This document shows positions 23,101 to 36,800 of a stretch of DNA of 64,000 nucleotides, one piece after another. The notes under the pieces were generated by a model that saw only the letters and a list, made by a program, of their open reading frames with translations, did not search any database and was not told the origin of the DNA. Every line of letters starts with the position of its first letter. Position 1 is the first letter of the stretch. A program made the translations under genes and the position numbers. The stretch comes from Eledone cirrhosa (lineage: Eukaryota), in assembly GCA_964016885.1 (NCBI GenBank), contig OZ024745.1, positions 121,644,001-121,708,000 on the forward strand, in the 5' to 3' direction.

Positions 23101-26100
23101 TATTATGGATATTATTTTCCTGTGTGTAGGTGTGTGTTGGTGATGTGGTTAGGTTTCCAAGATGGAGCTCTTCTTTTTCATTGGACTGTCCTATGGTGGT
23201 GAGTGGGGAAGGGCAGGTGGGAAAAATGTTTATGAAATCAGGACACTAGGAGTGTTGCTAGTAGAAGATTAAATAATAAAAACAGAGGTCTATGAAGTAA
23301 ATATTAAAGATTTTAGTTGTCTCACCCAGGCTCTGCTAAATAAAATGATCTATGAAGTAAATATTAAGGTGATGGCTAAAACGATTTATGAAGTAAATAT
23401 TAAGGTGATGGCTGTTGGATTTAGCAGAAGAAATGAAAATTCTAAGCCATTAATGGCTACGGGAAGCAAAAGGGGCTTAAGAGATATGCATGTATAAATA
23501 AATTCTTTTGTTCATGTTTTCTTAAATTGTACATTCAATTTTTGCCATCTAAACTAGCGTTTCTCAACCTTTTTACCCTAGTGGAACCCTTGAAATTGTT
23601 TTCATGTCTCAGGAACCCTTGAAATAGTTTTCATGTATCGGGAACCCCTGCATAAAAATTATTATATGCCATTCTTACTAAAATATGCATTAGCTTATTT
23701 ATCAGTTTCTCATGGAACCACCAGCAACCTCTTGCAGAACTTTGAGAAATGCTGCTCTAAACTCTTGATTGTTTTAAAATGTCTGAAATTATGTAGTTCC
23801 TCTGATCTAATATTAGACTAGTATTTTGTCTCATAGACTAGAGAATGTGCAATTAAATAGAGACAAGTAGGATAGGCACTGAATCATACTGACCCATCCT
23901 ATGCATGCCAGAATGTAATAATATCATTATCATTTAACATTCATCTTCTCTGTTAACAAGAGTTGGATGGGTTTTCACGGTGTCAGTATTCAAGTAGAGC
24001 TACTGACCTTTCAGATGGGCTTATATAGATTGCTTATATAGATTACCACATGTGGGAGGCTGTCTTGTCTTTGACACATCCGAAGAATCCTCCTGATCAC
24101 TTTGTTTGGCAGGTTTTCTACAGCTGGAACCCCTTCTGTTGTGGGGAAAAAACCCTGAATACCTCTGCGTAACTAAAAGTGGACTAGGCGAATCTCTATA
24201 TCTAAGAACTGAAGTGAAGTATCATATAGACTGTGTACTGAGTCTCATTGTAGTCTCTTGTTGGTAGTTTGGAATTACACCTGGTGAATACCTTTGGTTT
24301 TACCCTTGTTTCCTACAGATATACAAAACTGGTGTGTCACACCATTATAACACCTTCCTGGGAATGTTTATCATGTAGATCACCAGTAATATTGCATAAA
24401 TGATTTTGATGTGAGTAGAGCTGTCGAGAAAAAATGTTTACTCCTGGAGAGATACATTTTAAATTAGTGTTTACAATATTTCGGTAAAAATCATTGTATT
24501 TAGAAATTGTTTTTTTTGGAGTACATTATCAGAATAAAAGATTATGCTGTAAATGTACATTGGACTTAAGATATGTTTGTAACACAATTGACTATAGCCT
24601 TGATTTTTACTATGTCTCAAGTGTTGCGGTGTAATAATAATTAAATTAACTTTGATTCTATCAGAATATATTGAGCAAGATATGGTTTTGGACTTTGTAA
24701 ATATATAATTTTGTATAGTAATGCTGTTAATATAAAGCATCACTATGCAAAAATAATCATGCTTGCAATAAAAAGTGATTGGTGTTTTTTTTTTACATGC
24801 AATATCAATTGAGATGGTGTTCTTTATTACTCTGTACACTATATAAAGTAAGGCAGCAAAGTGGCAGAGTCGTTAGAATGTCGGTTAGAATGTTTTGTGG
24901 TATTCGTTTCTGCTCTCCACTCTCTGAATTCAAATCCCACTATGGTGAACTTTGCCTTTCATCCTTTCAATGTGGTGCCCCTATGACTCCTGCAGGAGTT
25001 ACAGGTCCATACATACTCTATATAAAGTAGTTGGCAATCATGTGTAGATTACATAGGGTTGAGAAAACCCTTTAGCCTTTACATTACTCTATATTTACGA
25101 TTGTATTTTCATAGTAAAGGCTTTACTTCACATAAATATCTCACATAATATTGATATTATTTATTTTGAGAACCATACCTTAGCATCTGTATGAGCGGCT
25201 GGGTTAGAGCTGGTTTGAACAGAAAGAGGTGAGAGAATTCTGGCTGGATATGGCTGGGTTAAATGCTAAAGGTTTAATCTATATTTACTATTGTATTTTC
25301 AGAGTAAAGGCTTTACCTCACATAACATCGAATCTATGAGATTTTGACATTATTTATTTTGAGAACAATACTTAAACATAAGTATGACCAGCCGGTTACT
25401 GCCAGTTTGAGCAGAAACAAGTGAGAGAATTTTGGCCGTATACGACCAGTTTAAATGCTAAAGGGTTAATTCTAACAACCTTTCTATAGTTGGTGCCATG
25501 ATAAAATGTACCTAAAATATACTCTGTAAAATGGCTAGTGTTAGTCGTGGTCTCCAATCATAGAAGTCATGTCTCCCATCTAGGAGAGCAGTAACTCCAA
25601 ATAACAGCTGAATTGGACCATGACAAGCCACTGAACCTAAACTAGCATGGAAACTGGATATAAAATGATTGTAATGATTGTGGTATTCTTTAGTTTGTTT
25701 TTAAATCACAACAAATGCCATGTTGGATTCCACTTTCATGTAGTCATTTTATATTTTACTGTCTTTAAATTGAAGAGGTTTTTTGTGTGTGTGTGTGTGT
25801 GTGTGGTGGGGGTGGGGGTGGGGGTGTTCTTCCTCTTCTCATCATATATTTACTTTTCATTTATAATTTATTATTCTATCAGATGTTTTAGGCAGGTATC
25901 TGTGGTCCAATTAATCTGTTTTCAAATTTTCCTGGTTTGTTTCATGCTAAAGTCAACCTTGATCAAACAGACATATCATGAAAGACATTATTCCAGCTGT
26001 GACTAATCCCTCTTTTTGGAGTTAAAACTGAACTATCAAATGTTTTTTACTATTTTAAGACTGTAGAATATGATTGGAGATAGATTTGGCTGTTATTTCC

Positions 26101-28640
26101 AGCAGCTCAAACAGCCACGTACAGGTTTTTTTCAGAATTAGAATAGATAGTGCAGAGGTTCATTACAGCTCTGAGTTCAAGGATCTCTACACTGACATTT
26201 TACTTTCTATCAGCCAAAATAAGTTCCAGTGATACCCTGGAGGCATATTAATCCATAATATCTCTATTATTTCTATCCAAGGATTTATTTTGCTAGGCAC
26301 AAGCTTCACTGTGTGGTTAAGAAATTCACTTTGGATTCTACCCCAATGTATGGAACATTGAGCAACCAGCTGCTCTAGCCCTGGGCTGACCAATACCTTG
26401 TGAGGCTCAAACACAGATGTTTCAAACACGTGGCCTGCAAAATATTATTCTATAGCCAATGAAAGAACAATTTTTGTGACTAATATTTTCCTAAAATTTG
26501 GTAATTTGTCCCTCACGCCTTCCATACTCTTGCAGCAACAGTTTAAAGCTTGACTTGCAAACAGACAATCAATTCTAGGTGAATTCATCTACAAAATAAG
26601 ATTACTTATCCTAACCTAAACCCTAATGTAGATAGATGAATTGCAGAACAAGAAACTACTCTAAATTAATTATCATAGATGAACTGTTGTAGATGAATTG
26701 TTGTAGATGAGTTGTAGATGAAGTGTTGATGTATTTTAGCTACACATGAACCATTATTGATGAATTTACTTGATCCCTATGATCCCAAAATAAAAAAAAT
26801 TCTATTTTACTTTCATTATTTTGATAATTGTATTTATTTTTCAAAAACTTTGATTTTTCATTGTACTAGATTACCACTAACATGCACTGGGGAAATAACT
26901 GCTCCACAAATTTCACAGTAGTCTATACAAAAGCCATTGGAAGTAAGGACACATTGCATTATGTATACAGTTCTGTTGAGTTTATGTCACTGCTTGCTGT
27001 AAAGACTAAATCTCATAATGACCTGAAACTAAACTGTACTACAATAGTTCCAACAGTTAGTGTGAATTCTTCAGATGAAGTTTACTCATTTGGGATGATA
27101 TTTAATGATGTAAGTAAGAATTTTATATTTTTAATCATTGTAACTCTGTCTAATGTTCCGAAAATGTTTATCTACACTGTAAAGCCCTGTCCACACAATA
27201 AAGTGGTCATGTAGGTGTCATGATAAAAAGCACCCAGTACACACTGTAAAGTGGTCATGTAGGTGTCATGATAAAAAGCACCCAGTACACACTGTAAAGT
27301 GGTCATGCAGGTGTCATGATAAAAAGCACCTGGTACTCACTATAAAGTGGTCGTGTAGGTGTCACAATAAAAAGCATTCAGAACTCACTGTAAATGAGGT
27401 TGGCTTTAGAAACCAAGCCAAAATCAGTTCTGTATGAGCAAGACATGGTCACCTAACCTAGCATTGCCCACAACAAGACAACTTGTCTAACCCACGGGTT
27501 AAATAAATTATTTTGTGTGTTTAGTTATGCAATTGAAATCATGCAGAGGTTATGTTTCATCTTTCTGGTGTCAACATAAAGTACCAGTCATGTACTTGGT
27601 TCACTCTAATTGTCAACAAAATCCTCTCACAATTTCTGTTTCATGTGGTTCAGTTTTGGTATCTTGTGTAATTTGACTGTGTAGAACAGGTTAGAACAGG
27701 TACACCATATTTCTGTGTTTTCTAAGAGACAACTAATAGAATTAGCACCGGGAGGAGCATTTAGCTATTAAATTGTTTTGCCTCAAAAAGAATGTGAGGT
27801 CATGATTTAGCAGGGGAAGAGTCTTTAAAACACTTGTTTTGTCTTGTGTAATTGTTGCTAAAAAGATGTTATACAAGTATGCTTTCTTTTTGGTTTTCAG
27901 ATTATAGAATATAATGATACAGATGATAATGCAAATCTTTTGTCTTCAAACCACTCTGTGTGGAATAATTACTCCACAGCAGATATGACATGGAAAATCT
28001 CACAAAACAAAAGCAGTAAAGAAGATAATTTGGTTGTTTTTCAATCTCCTAAGGGTAATGGAACATTTCAGTTTTCAGTAAGTAGAATGTTTATTTTACT
28101 ATTCCTTAGAATTTGTAATTATAGAACCAGTGTAGGCATGGCTGTGTGGTTAATAAATTCACTTTTACATCCACATGGTTTTCGGTTTGATTTGAGCAAG
28201 TGTCTCTTCTACTATAACCTTTGCTAACCAATGCCTTGTGAGTAAAATTTGGTAGTCTACGGTAACTTGTCTGAAGTAGCTTTTCAATGCTTCAATAATA
28301 ATCTAAGTGGTAATGGAATGACAATAATCTATTTAACTTGAAAAGTTAAGAAATAAATTAAAACAATGGAGACAAATTCTCACATCATGAAAAATATGAA
28401 ATAAGGAGACACAGCCACGCGTATGTATATATGTATTAGGAAAAAAGTCAGGACCCCAATGGCTGAGCTCCGGCCATTTTGACAGATAGATCTGAACTTG
28501 GATCCAGCTGTCGAAATGGCCAGAGCTCAGTCGTCGGGGTCCTGACTTTTTTCCTATTACCCACTCTATTACCCTAAGTATCGAGTACTCTGGTGTGTTA
28601 TGGTCCACCTGGTATCTCACCACACCTTCTTTGTTATATG

Positions 28641-28672
<32 letters not shown>

Positions 28673-31484
28673 CATATATGTGTGTATATATATATGTATA
28701 TGTATAACAGCATCATCATCATTTTACGTCTGTTCTTCCATGCTGGCATGGGTTAGACGGGTTGTCCTGTTGTGGGCAGTGTCCAGTCAGCTGACCTTGT
28801 CTTGCTCATACGGGAACTGATTCTGGCTTGATTTCTACAGCTGGATGCCCTTCCTAACACCAACCTCATTTACAGTGAGTGCTGGGTGCTTCTTTGCCGT
28901 GGCACCTCCATGACCACTTTGCAGTGGAATGATATGGACTCCAGTTCTATCATCTCAGTTCTACAGCTGAGTAAACTGGAGCAATGTGAAATAAAGTGTC
29001 TTGCTCAAGGAAACAACACATTACCCGGTCCGAGAAATGAACTCACAACCTTTCGATTGCAAGCCCAATGCGCTAACCACTAAGCCATGCGCCTTCATGT
29101 ATATGAGGATAGAAAACTGAAGCATGTTTTGCAACGTGAGGACCAGAAACAGGAGGTGTTCAAGATTGCGAGGCAGTGTGTCAGAGAGAATTGTGATGTC
29201 ATTGGAGAGAAGTGTATCTGGAATGATAAAGGTGAGCTTGCCCTCACAAGTGCTGAGAAGAAAGATGTGTGGAAGAGCCATTATGAAAGATTACTAAATG
29301 AGGAGAATGCAGGGGAAGAAGAGACCATACCCCGAGTAGACCCCATAGAGGGGCCAGCAGTACAAGTTAGCGGCAGCATAGTAAGTAAGGCAATCAAAGA
29401 TATGAAGACGGAGAAGGCAACCAGTCCATCGGGTATAGCTGCCGAGATGCTGAAGGCATTTGGGTCTGTAGGTCACACCATAACCACATGTATTGTTAAC
29501 CACGTAATACTAGAAGGTGTCGTACCAAAGGATTGGTGCAGCAGCATCATTGTCAACTGCTACAAGGTGATGCACTAGATGGAGGAAACTATAGAGGTAT
29601 AAAGCTGATGGACCAGGTCATGAAAGTAACAGAAAGAGTTATAGCATAGTTAATTAGGGACCGGATGAAACTAGATGAGAAGCAATTTGGGTTTGTACCA
29701 GGAAGAGGCACCACTGATGCCCTCTTCCTTGTGAGGCAGTTACAGGAAAAGTACCTAGCTAAAAGTAAGCCGCTCTACCTGGCATTCATTGATCTCGAGA
29801 AAGCCTTTGAAAGAGTTCCCTGTGCTAGAATCTGGTGGGCTCTTAGAAAACTAGGAGTAGATGAATGGCTTGTGAAAGCTGTTCAAGCCATGTATAGGGG
29901 AGCAGTCAGCAAAGTTAGGATTAGCAATGACTATAGCAAGGAATTAAGCATACAGGTCGGTGTCCACCAGGGCTCTGTTCTTAGCCCTCTCCTGTTCATC
30001 ATAGTTTTGCAGGCAATAACAGAGGAGTTTAAGACCGGATGCCCATGGGAACTCCTGTAGGCAGATGACCTCGCACTTATAGCTGAATCTATGGTAGAAC
30101 TAGAGAAGAAATTTCAAACTTGGAAGCAGGGACTAGAAAGAAAGGGTCTCAAAGTCAACCTGACAAAGACTAAAGTCCTTGTAAGTAGACGAGAAAACAG
30201 AACCCAGATCCCCTCAGGGAAATGGCCTTGCTCAGTATGTAGGAGAGGAGTAGGTAGGAACTCCATTCTCTGCCCCAAATGCAAACAATGGGTACACAAA
30301 AAGCTTAATTAAGAATGTAGGCTTCACATATAGCAGCTGTGCTGGGACAGCAAGCAGCAAACAGCCACAGGAAACAAGTACTACCAAACTCTGGGAGGGC
30401 TCTTTAGAAACAGTAGACAGCTTCTGCTACCTAGGTAACCGAATTAGCAGCGGAGGTGGATGTTCGGAAAGTACAATAACAAGAGTAAGAACGTGGTGGA
30501 AGAAGTTCAGGGAACTACTGCCACTGCTAGCTGCAAAAGGCCTTTCCCTCAAAATGAAAGGCAGACTGTATGATGCGTGTATACGAACAGCAATGTTACA
30601 TGGTAGTGAGACCTGGGCGCTGTCTGTAGAAGACTTGCATAGATTAGAAAGAAACGAAGCCTGCATGCTCCGATGGATGTGTAATAGTAATATACGCGAA
30701 CGGCAAAGCATAAACGAATTGAGAGAGAGACTGAGCATAAGAGGAATCAAATATTGTGTGCAGGAGAGGCGGTTGTGTTGGTATGGACATGTGATGCATA
30801 TGAAGGATGACAGCTGCATAAAAAAGTGCAGAGCACTAGAAGCCGATGGAAACCGCGAAGACCTGGGATGAGGTGATAAAAGCCGACCTTACCCAATTAC
30901 ACCTCTCGACCTCTGGCGTCACACAGTAATACAGAAGGCCCGACCCCCGATGGGTACAACCCAAAGCTGAAGCATATAGACAATAAGCCCCCACACCCTC
31001 CCACTGCAAAGTAGTTGTGGAGGTGCCACGGCAAAAAAGCACCCAGCCCACAGTGTAAATAAGGTTGGTGTTAGGAAGGCCATCCAGTTATAGAACATTA
31101 ATCAGTATACACTGAGGATGAAGAACTCAGAGCTGTATGGGAGCCTCCCAAAAGTCAGTTCGAAAGTGACACAGAGGAGACTGAGGTTAGCTGGACATGC
31201 TCACCGACATCCAGAGTTGTCACTGCACTCCGTGCTCCTGTGGGAGCCCCTGCATGGACACACTGGAATAGGAAGACCGAGGTTAACATATGTTGATGCC
31301 CTAAGGATAGACACTGGGTTGTTGCAAACGCAGGACATAGCAGCGATAATGAGGGACAGAGACCGCTAGAGAAAAATTGTCCATGGCTCTCTGAAATTTT
31401 ATCCGCCCTAGATAGATAGGTATATATATATGTATATATATATACATATGTGTGTATATATATATGTGTATATATATATGTGTG

Positions 31485-31526
<42 letters not shown>

Positions 31527-33602
31527 TATATATATGTGTGTTTATATATATATGTATATATATGTATATATATATATGTGTATATATATGTATATACTGT
31601 AAACGTGGTTGGTGTTAGGAAGGGCATCCAGCCAGACAGTCCCATATGCGTGAGACGACCAATCTTGCCTCAAGTGGGACAATTCTCGTCTAAACCCATG
31701 CTAGCGTGGAAGATAGACATTAAACGATGATGATGATGATATGTGTGTATATATATATGTGACAAAAAAACGCACAGTCCACGCTGTAATGTGGCCGTGT
31801 AGGTAACACGGTAAAAACATCCCAGTCCACACTGTAAACGTTGTTGGTGTTAGGAAGGGCATCCAGTCGTAGAAAACCTGCCAGACAGTCCTATACGAGC
31901 AAGACAACCAATCTTGCCTCAAGTGGGACAATTCCCGTCTAAACCCATGCTAGCATGAAAGATAGACGTTAAACGATGATGATGATGATGATATATATAT
32001 GTGTGTGTATATATATATATATATGTGTGTGTATATATATATATATATGTGTGTGTATATATATATATATATATATCATAAAAAGCTCAGTGTGTGGTCA
32101 TGCTCCTTTCTTATAGAAATCTACGATATAGAATTTCTTCAATTGAAATTTACAATTCAGTATTGTATTCAAAATAGTTTCGATTGCGTCTTGGCACATC
32201 TCATTTTTTCAATTTCACCCACAATTACGCAAAAAATAGATAAAACTCAATATTTTACGATTTTTCTGTCATTTAAACTGCTAAACTCTTTCCACTACCA
32301 TTCAAAATCTATACAACTTCATACTTCCTGCTACTTTCTCTTTCCAAGCTTGATGGTGATACTGTCCGTTTTACTCTCTCATATCATCTGCTTACCTCTA
32401 TCTACAACCCACACATTTTGCTACTTTCTCTTTTATACTTCAAATTATTACATTTCATACGAAACGACAATTATTCAAAAGCAACAGATACATTTATTCA
32501 ACAACAAGCGATAAATCTTTTTTAAAACCTCTTTTCCAAACGCATACAAACACACACTCACTTCAACAACAACAACAACAATCTGCCTTTTATAGATAAT
32601 GATAAACAATAATATCCTCTATGAGGTCACTAAACCTGCTAGAAATAGCAGCTAACTCTCCCCCATACCACACCCCTCCCTACTGTCTTAAATTTAGAAA
32701 AAATATCTTCTATGAGGTCACTAAACCTGCTAGAAACAGCAGCTAACTCTCCCCCATATCACACCACTCCCTACTGTCTTAAATTTAGAAAACACATATC
32801 CTCTATGAGGTTACTAAACCTGTTAGAAACAGCAGCTACCTCTCCCCCATATCACACCCATCCCTACTGTCTTTAATTTAGAAAACATATCTTCGATGAG
32901 GTCACTAAACCTGCTAGAAACAGCAGCTAACTCTCCTCCATATCACACCACTCCCTACTGTCTTAAATTTAGAAAACACATATCCTCTATGAGGTCACTA
33001 AACCTGCTAGAAACAACAGCTAACTCTCCCTCATATCACAACCCTCCCTACTGTCTTAAATTTAGAAAATACACATTAGACAACCATGCAGAACAACTCC
33101 ATCGCAGCTCTGTTGTTCGGCTGGCATCGTCTACGCGCGTGTTGCGCAAGTACTGTGAAACAATAAATTTCAACACTTTTTTTGCACAGAGATAATATCC
33201 ATAGGCGAAACTACAATTGTCACTGCTGGCGCAGCTCCTGCTTCCAGGTCTGCAATTCATTCACCCAGTGCCTGGCAGACAAAAAAGTGCTGCCATAAAA
33301 TGGGTGGTGCAACCTAACTTTGGTAACTTAATGACCCCGAGCAACGTCGGGCTTTAATGCTAGTATATATATAAATGAAAAGTATAGAAATTATTGTAGC
33401 AAGAAGCCAACAGTATTCTATAATATATAATATATATTATATATAATATATATTATATATATAATATATATATATATATATAATATATATTATATATATA
33501 TATATTATATATATATATAATATATATTATATATATATATATAATATATATATATATATATAATATATATTATATATATATATATTATATATATATATAT
33601 AA

Positions 33603-33680
<78 letters not shown>

Positions 33681-33758
33681 TTATGAGAGACGTAAGATAA
33701 GAAAATTATAAAATTATAAAAAGATTATAAAATTGACTTACTTACTAAAATATCACTT

Positions 33759-33855
<97 letters not shown>

Positions 33856-36800
33856 TTTTTTCAGTAGAAAATGTTGAAGAGATTCTTTCAGTGAAATATC
33901 AAAACATTAATTTATTTACAATACCGGTTTCAGTGTTATATGCATTGTCAATTGCGGATATGCAGAATATTGTTAAGTTGCATATTTGTACAAATAGTGA
34001 TGATGATAATAAAAAGGCGAAGAAAAATTAATTTTCACATACATGTTCATTCAGAGAAATGAACTCTCTTCTCTGAATGAACATGTATGTGAAAATAAAT
34101 TTTTCATAATTCATAGCTTTACATATCATATTGGTGATTCATTATTCAAATCCCGCCGAGGTTAACTTTGCCTTTCATCCTTACGGGGGTCGATAAAATA
34201 AAGTACCAGTAATACACTGGGTAATTGCTGGCCTTGTGCCAAAAGGAGAAACAATTATTCTGATAACTGCTCAAACATTAAATCACATTTAATTTAATCA
34301 TATGTCAAGATATTGAACATTTTTATAATTTAAATTATTCTATTTGCAACACTCACCCAATAATATTTTCTATATATTTTGTTTCTCTTCAGTTCCAAGT
34401 CAGGGATAAGGATCGACAAGACCAACTTCCTCATTTGAAGTTGAATAATAATTTGACCCTCATGGGATTTACTGTTGATAATGTTCCTCCAGATTTTATT
34501 CAAACTCGTTTTGCTCTTGGTGTCACATATATCTCTTCCAATCAAAGTGAATTTAAATTAAAGTCAGTGAAGTCATTGGATGATGAGTACACTCCAGGTA
34601 TTTTTAGGGTAAGTATATGCATTTTAATGTTCTTTTTTTTCATCTACTTATTCCTGAGAGAGTCATGGAGCAAGATTTCTCAAACACTCCTTCCAGTGGG
34701 TCCTGTCAGAAGCAATCATCTCCAATTGACCTAGTAGGATCGCCAAGCAAGACCAGCTGAGCTCATAAATGTTATCCAACTATCTTGCTTAGGGTCTACC
34801 TCTGGGTCGCTTGCCGGTTGGTTTTGCCGGTAAAATCTGTCCAGTAATTCTTTTCTTAGACATTTTGACCATATGTCTGTAGTATCAGAGCTGTAATCTC
34901 TCAATTTGGAGATGTAGCAGCTCTATCTGGAGCAACTCTCTGATCTTCGTGCTACACACTCTATTGAGTAATGTTATTCCAAAGACACTTTGGAGGAACT
35001 CTATTTCTTCCACTTATGTTCAGTCATTACCAAGATATAAATACTGAATTGAAGATAGTAAGTTTGACTTTTACACCTACCTTACTTCTTCTGATTACCA
35101 AATGCTGGAGTTGACATGTTAATGCACCGGCTCCTGCAATTCTTGCACTTAATTCAGCCACCTGCCTGTCATCACTCATCAACATGGCTCCGACATACTC
35201 CATTTCAGTTTTACACCTAATCTTTCTTCCACTGATTCCGTTAAAATTGAATTAAATTAACTTTCTCTTACCATATTTCATATAGACTTATGAAATATAA
35301 AAAAACTCCAGAAAAGTGCCAATTGTTGGATTGAACCAAAGAAAGTTTCCTTCCATTTATCTTTCCAATGCTATCTGCTTGGCATACACTCCTGGCAGAA
35401 GCATCCCCACTTTTCCAGTGACAAAAGGTGGGATTTGAACGCAGAACACATACATAGTTGGAACAAATACTGCAAAGCATCCTGTCTAACATTTAAATTG
35501 TTCCACCAAACCACTGCCCTTGGACTGGTATTTTATTGACTCTCAAACAATGAAAGGCCAAATTGATCTCAATGATTTTTGAACTCCTAGTGCAGAGAGC
35601 CACTACAAATACCAAGGCATTTAACACTATGTTCTAATGACTCTTGCAAAGGCACATAGCTTAGTGGTTAGAGAATTAGATTTGCAATTGTGGGGTTGAG
35701 TTCAATTCCCAGACTGGGCAATGCATTATGTCCTTGAGCAAGACACTTTATTTCACATTGCTTTTTCTGCCAGGAGTTGCTACTGGTAGATAGTATTAGC
35801 AATAGAAAGGCCAATGGAAACATTGTTTGATGAGTTCCATTCCATTCAGTAAGCGAATGAGGTCTGGGAAGTTTTCTATTGATTCAATAGATAATGACTG
35901 CCAATTTACCACTTATAAATATATATATGTTTGGCTAATTCCTACTTTAGTCATTAGATTACATTCCAAGTTCCCATAATAACCAAGTTTATAATTTAAA
36001 AATATATAAACATATTTTATAAAGTTTTGTTTTAATCTGGGTTTTGTTGTTTTTGTTGTTTTACTAAGATTTCAATCCTATCCACAGATGACTACTTGGT
36101 CCTCTCATAAGAAGTCCCATAAAAGTTTCATACAGTGGAAAGCTGTATGTTATTTGTCAAATAAATTTGAACGCGGAAATTCTACTTCAGTTCAACACTA
36201 TGACCTCAGGGATTTTCCTGTCGCTGATATAAAGTCTAGTGTTACGTATGAATTCTTCAAGATGAAGCAAGATATGTCAATGAAAAGTACTTTTATTTCA
36301 TTTGGTTTGACAAAAGATGCCAAATATTACAACACAACCTTGTTTACTTCATGGTAAGATATTTAAAAAATGATTTTTTGTTTTCATAAGTAAAGAAGTT
36401 TTTGTTTCTTGACCTATGATCAATCAAGGTTGATATAGAGGTTAAACAACTAGATCAAGCAAGTCTGTCCCTTTCTTGTTGTAATGGGTTATGATATTGC
36501 TACAACATGTTTTTTTTTTACTTTTAACTTATAGGGGACAGTAAAAAAAAACAGTTAAGTCTAATTAAATGACCTGAAAATTACATTTCTGAAAAGCAAA
36601 AATAAGAAAACTGGTGGAGATTTTTTGGTTCTTTTATTCCAGGGGTTCTCAAAGTGGGTGCTACCCCAACCCCCAGGGGGGCGCTGGGGCCTAGGGGCCA
36701 GTGGAGGACAGTAGAGATGATATAATAGTATATTAAATATCAAATGGTACATATATATAAATATAGTAAAATAAATATATAATATTTATTTATACATAGG

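Noticed and set aside
25647-26006. Hydrophobic [18 protein letters not shown] as GLMP exon 1
   Set aside because: The ATG lies in the RTE-tail repeat (ctagcatggaaa...), the ORF runs through a GT microsatellite, and 14589-14669 fits better.
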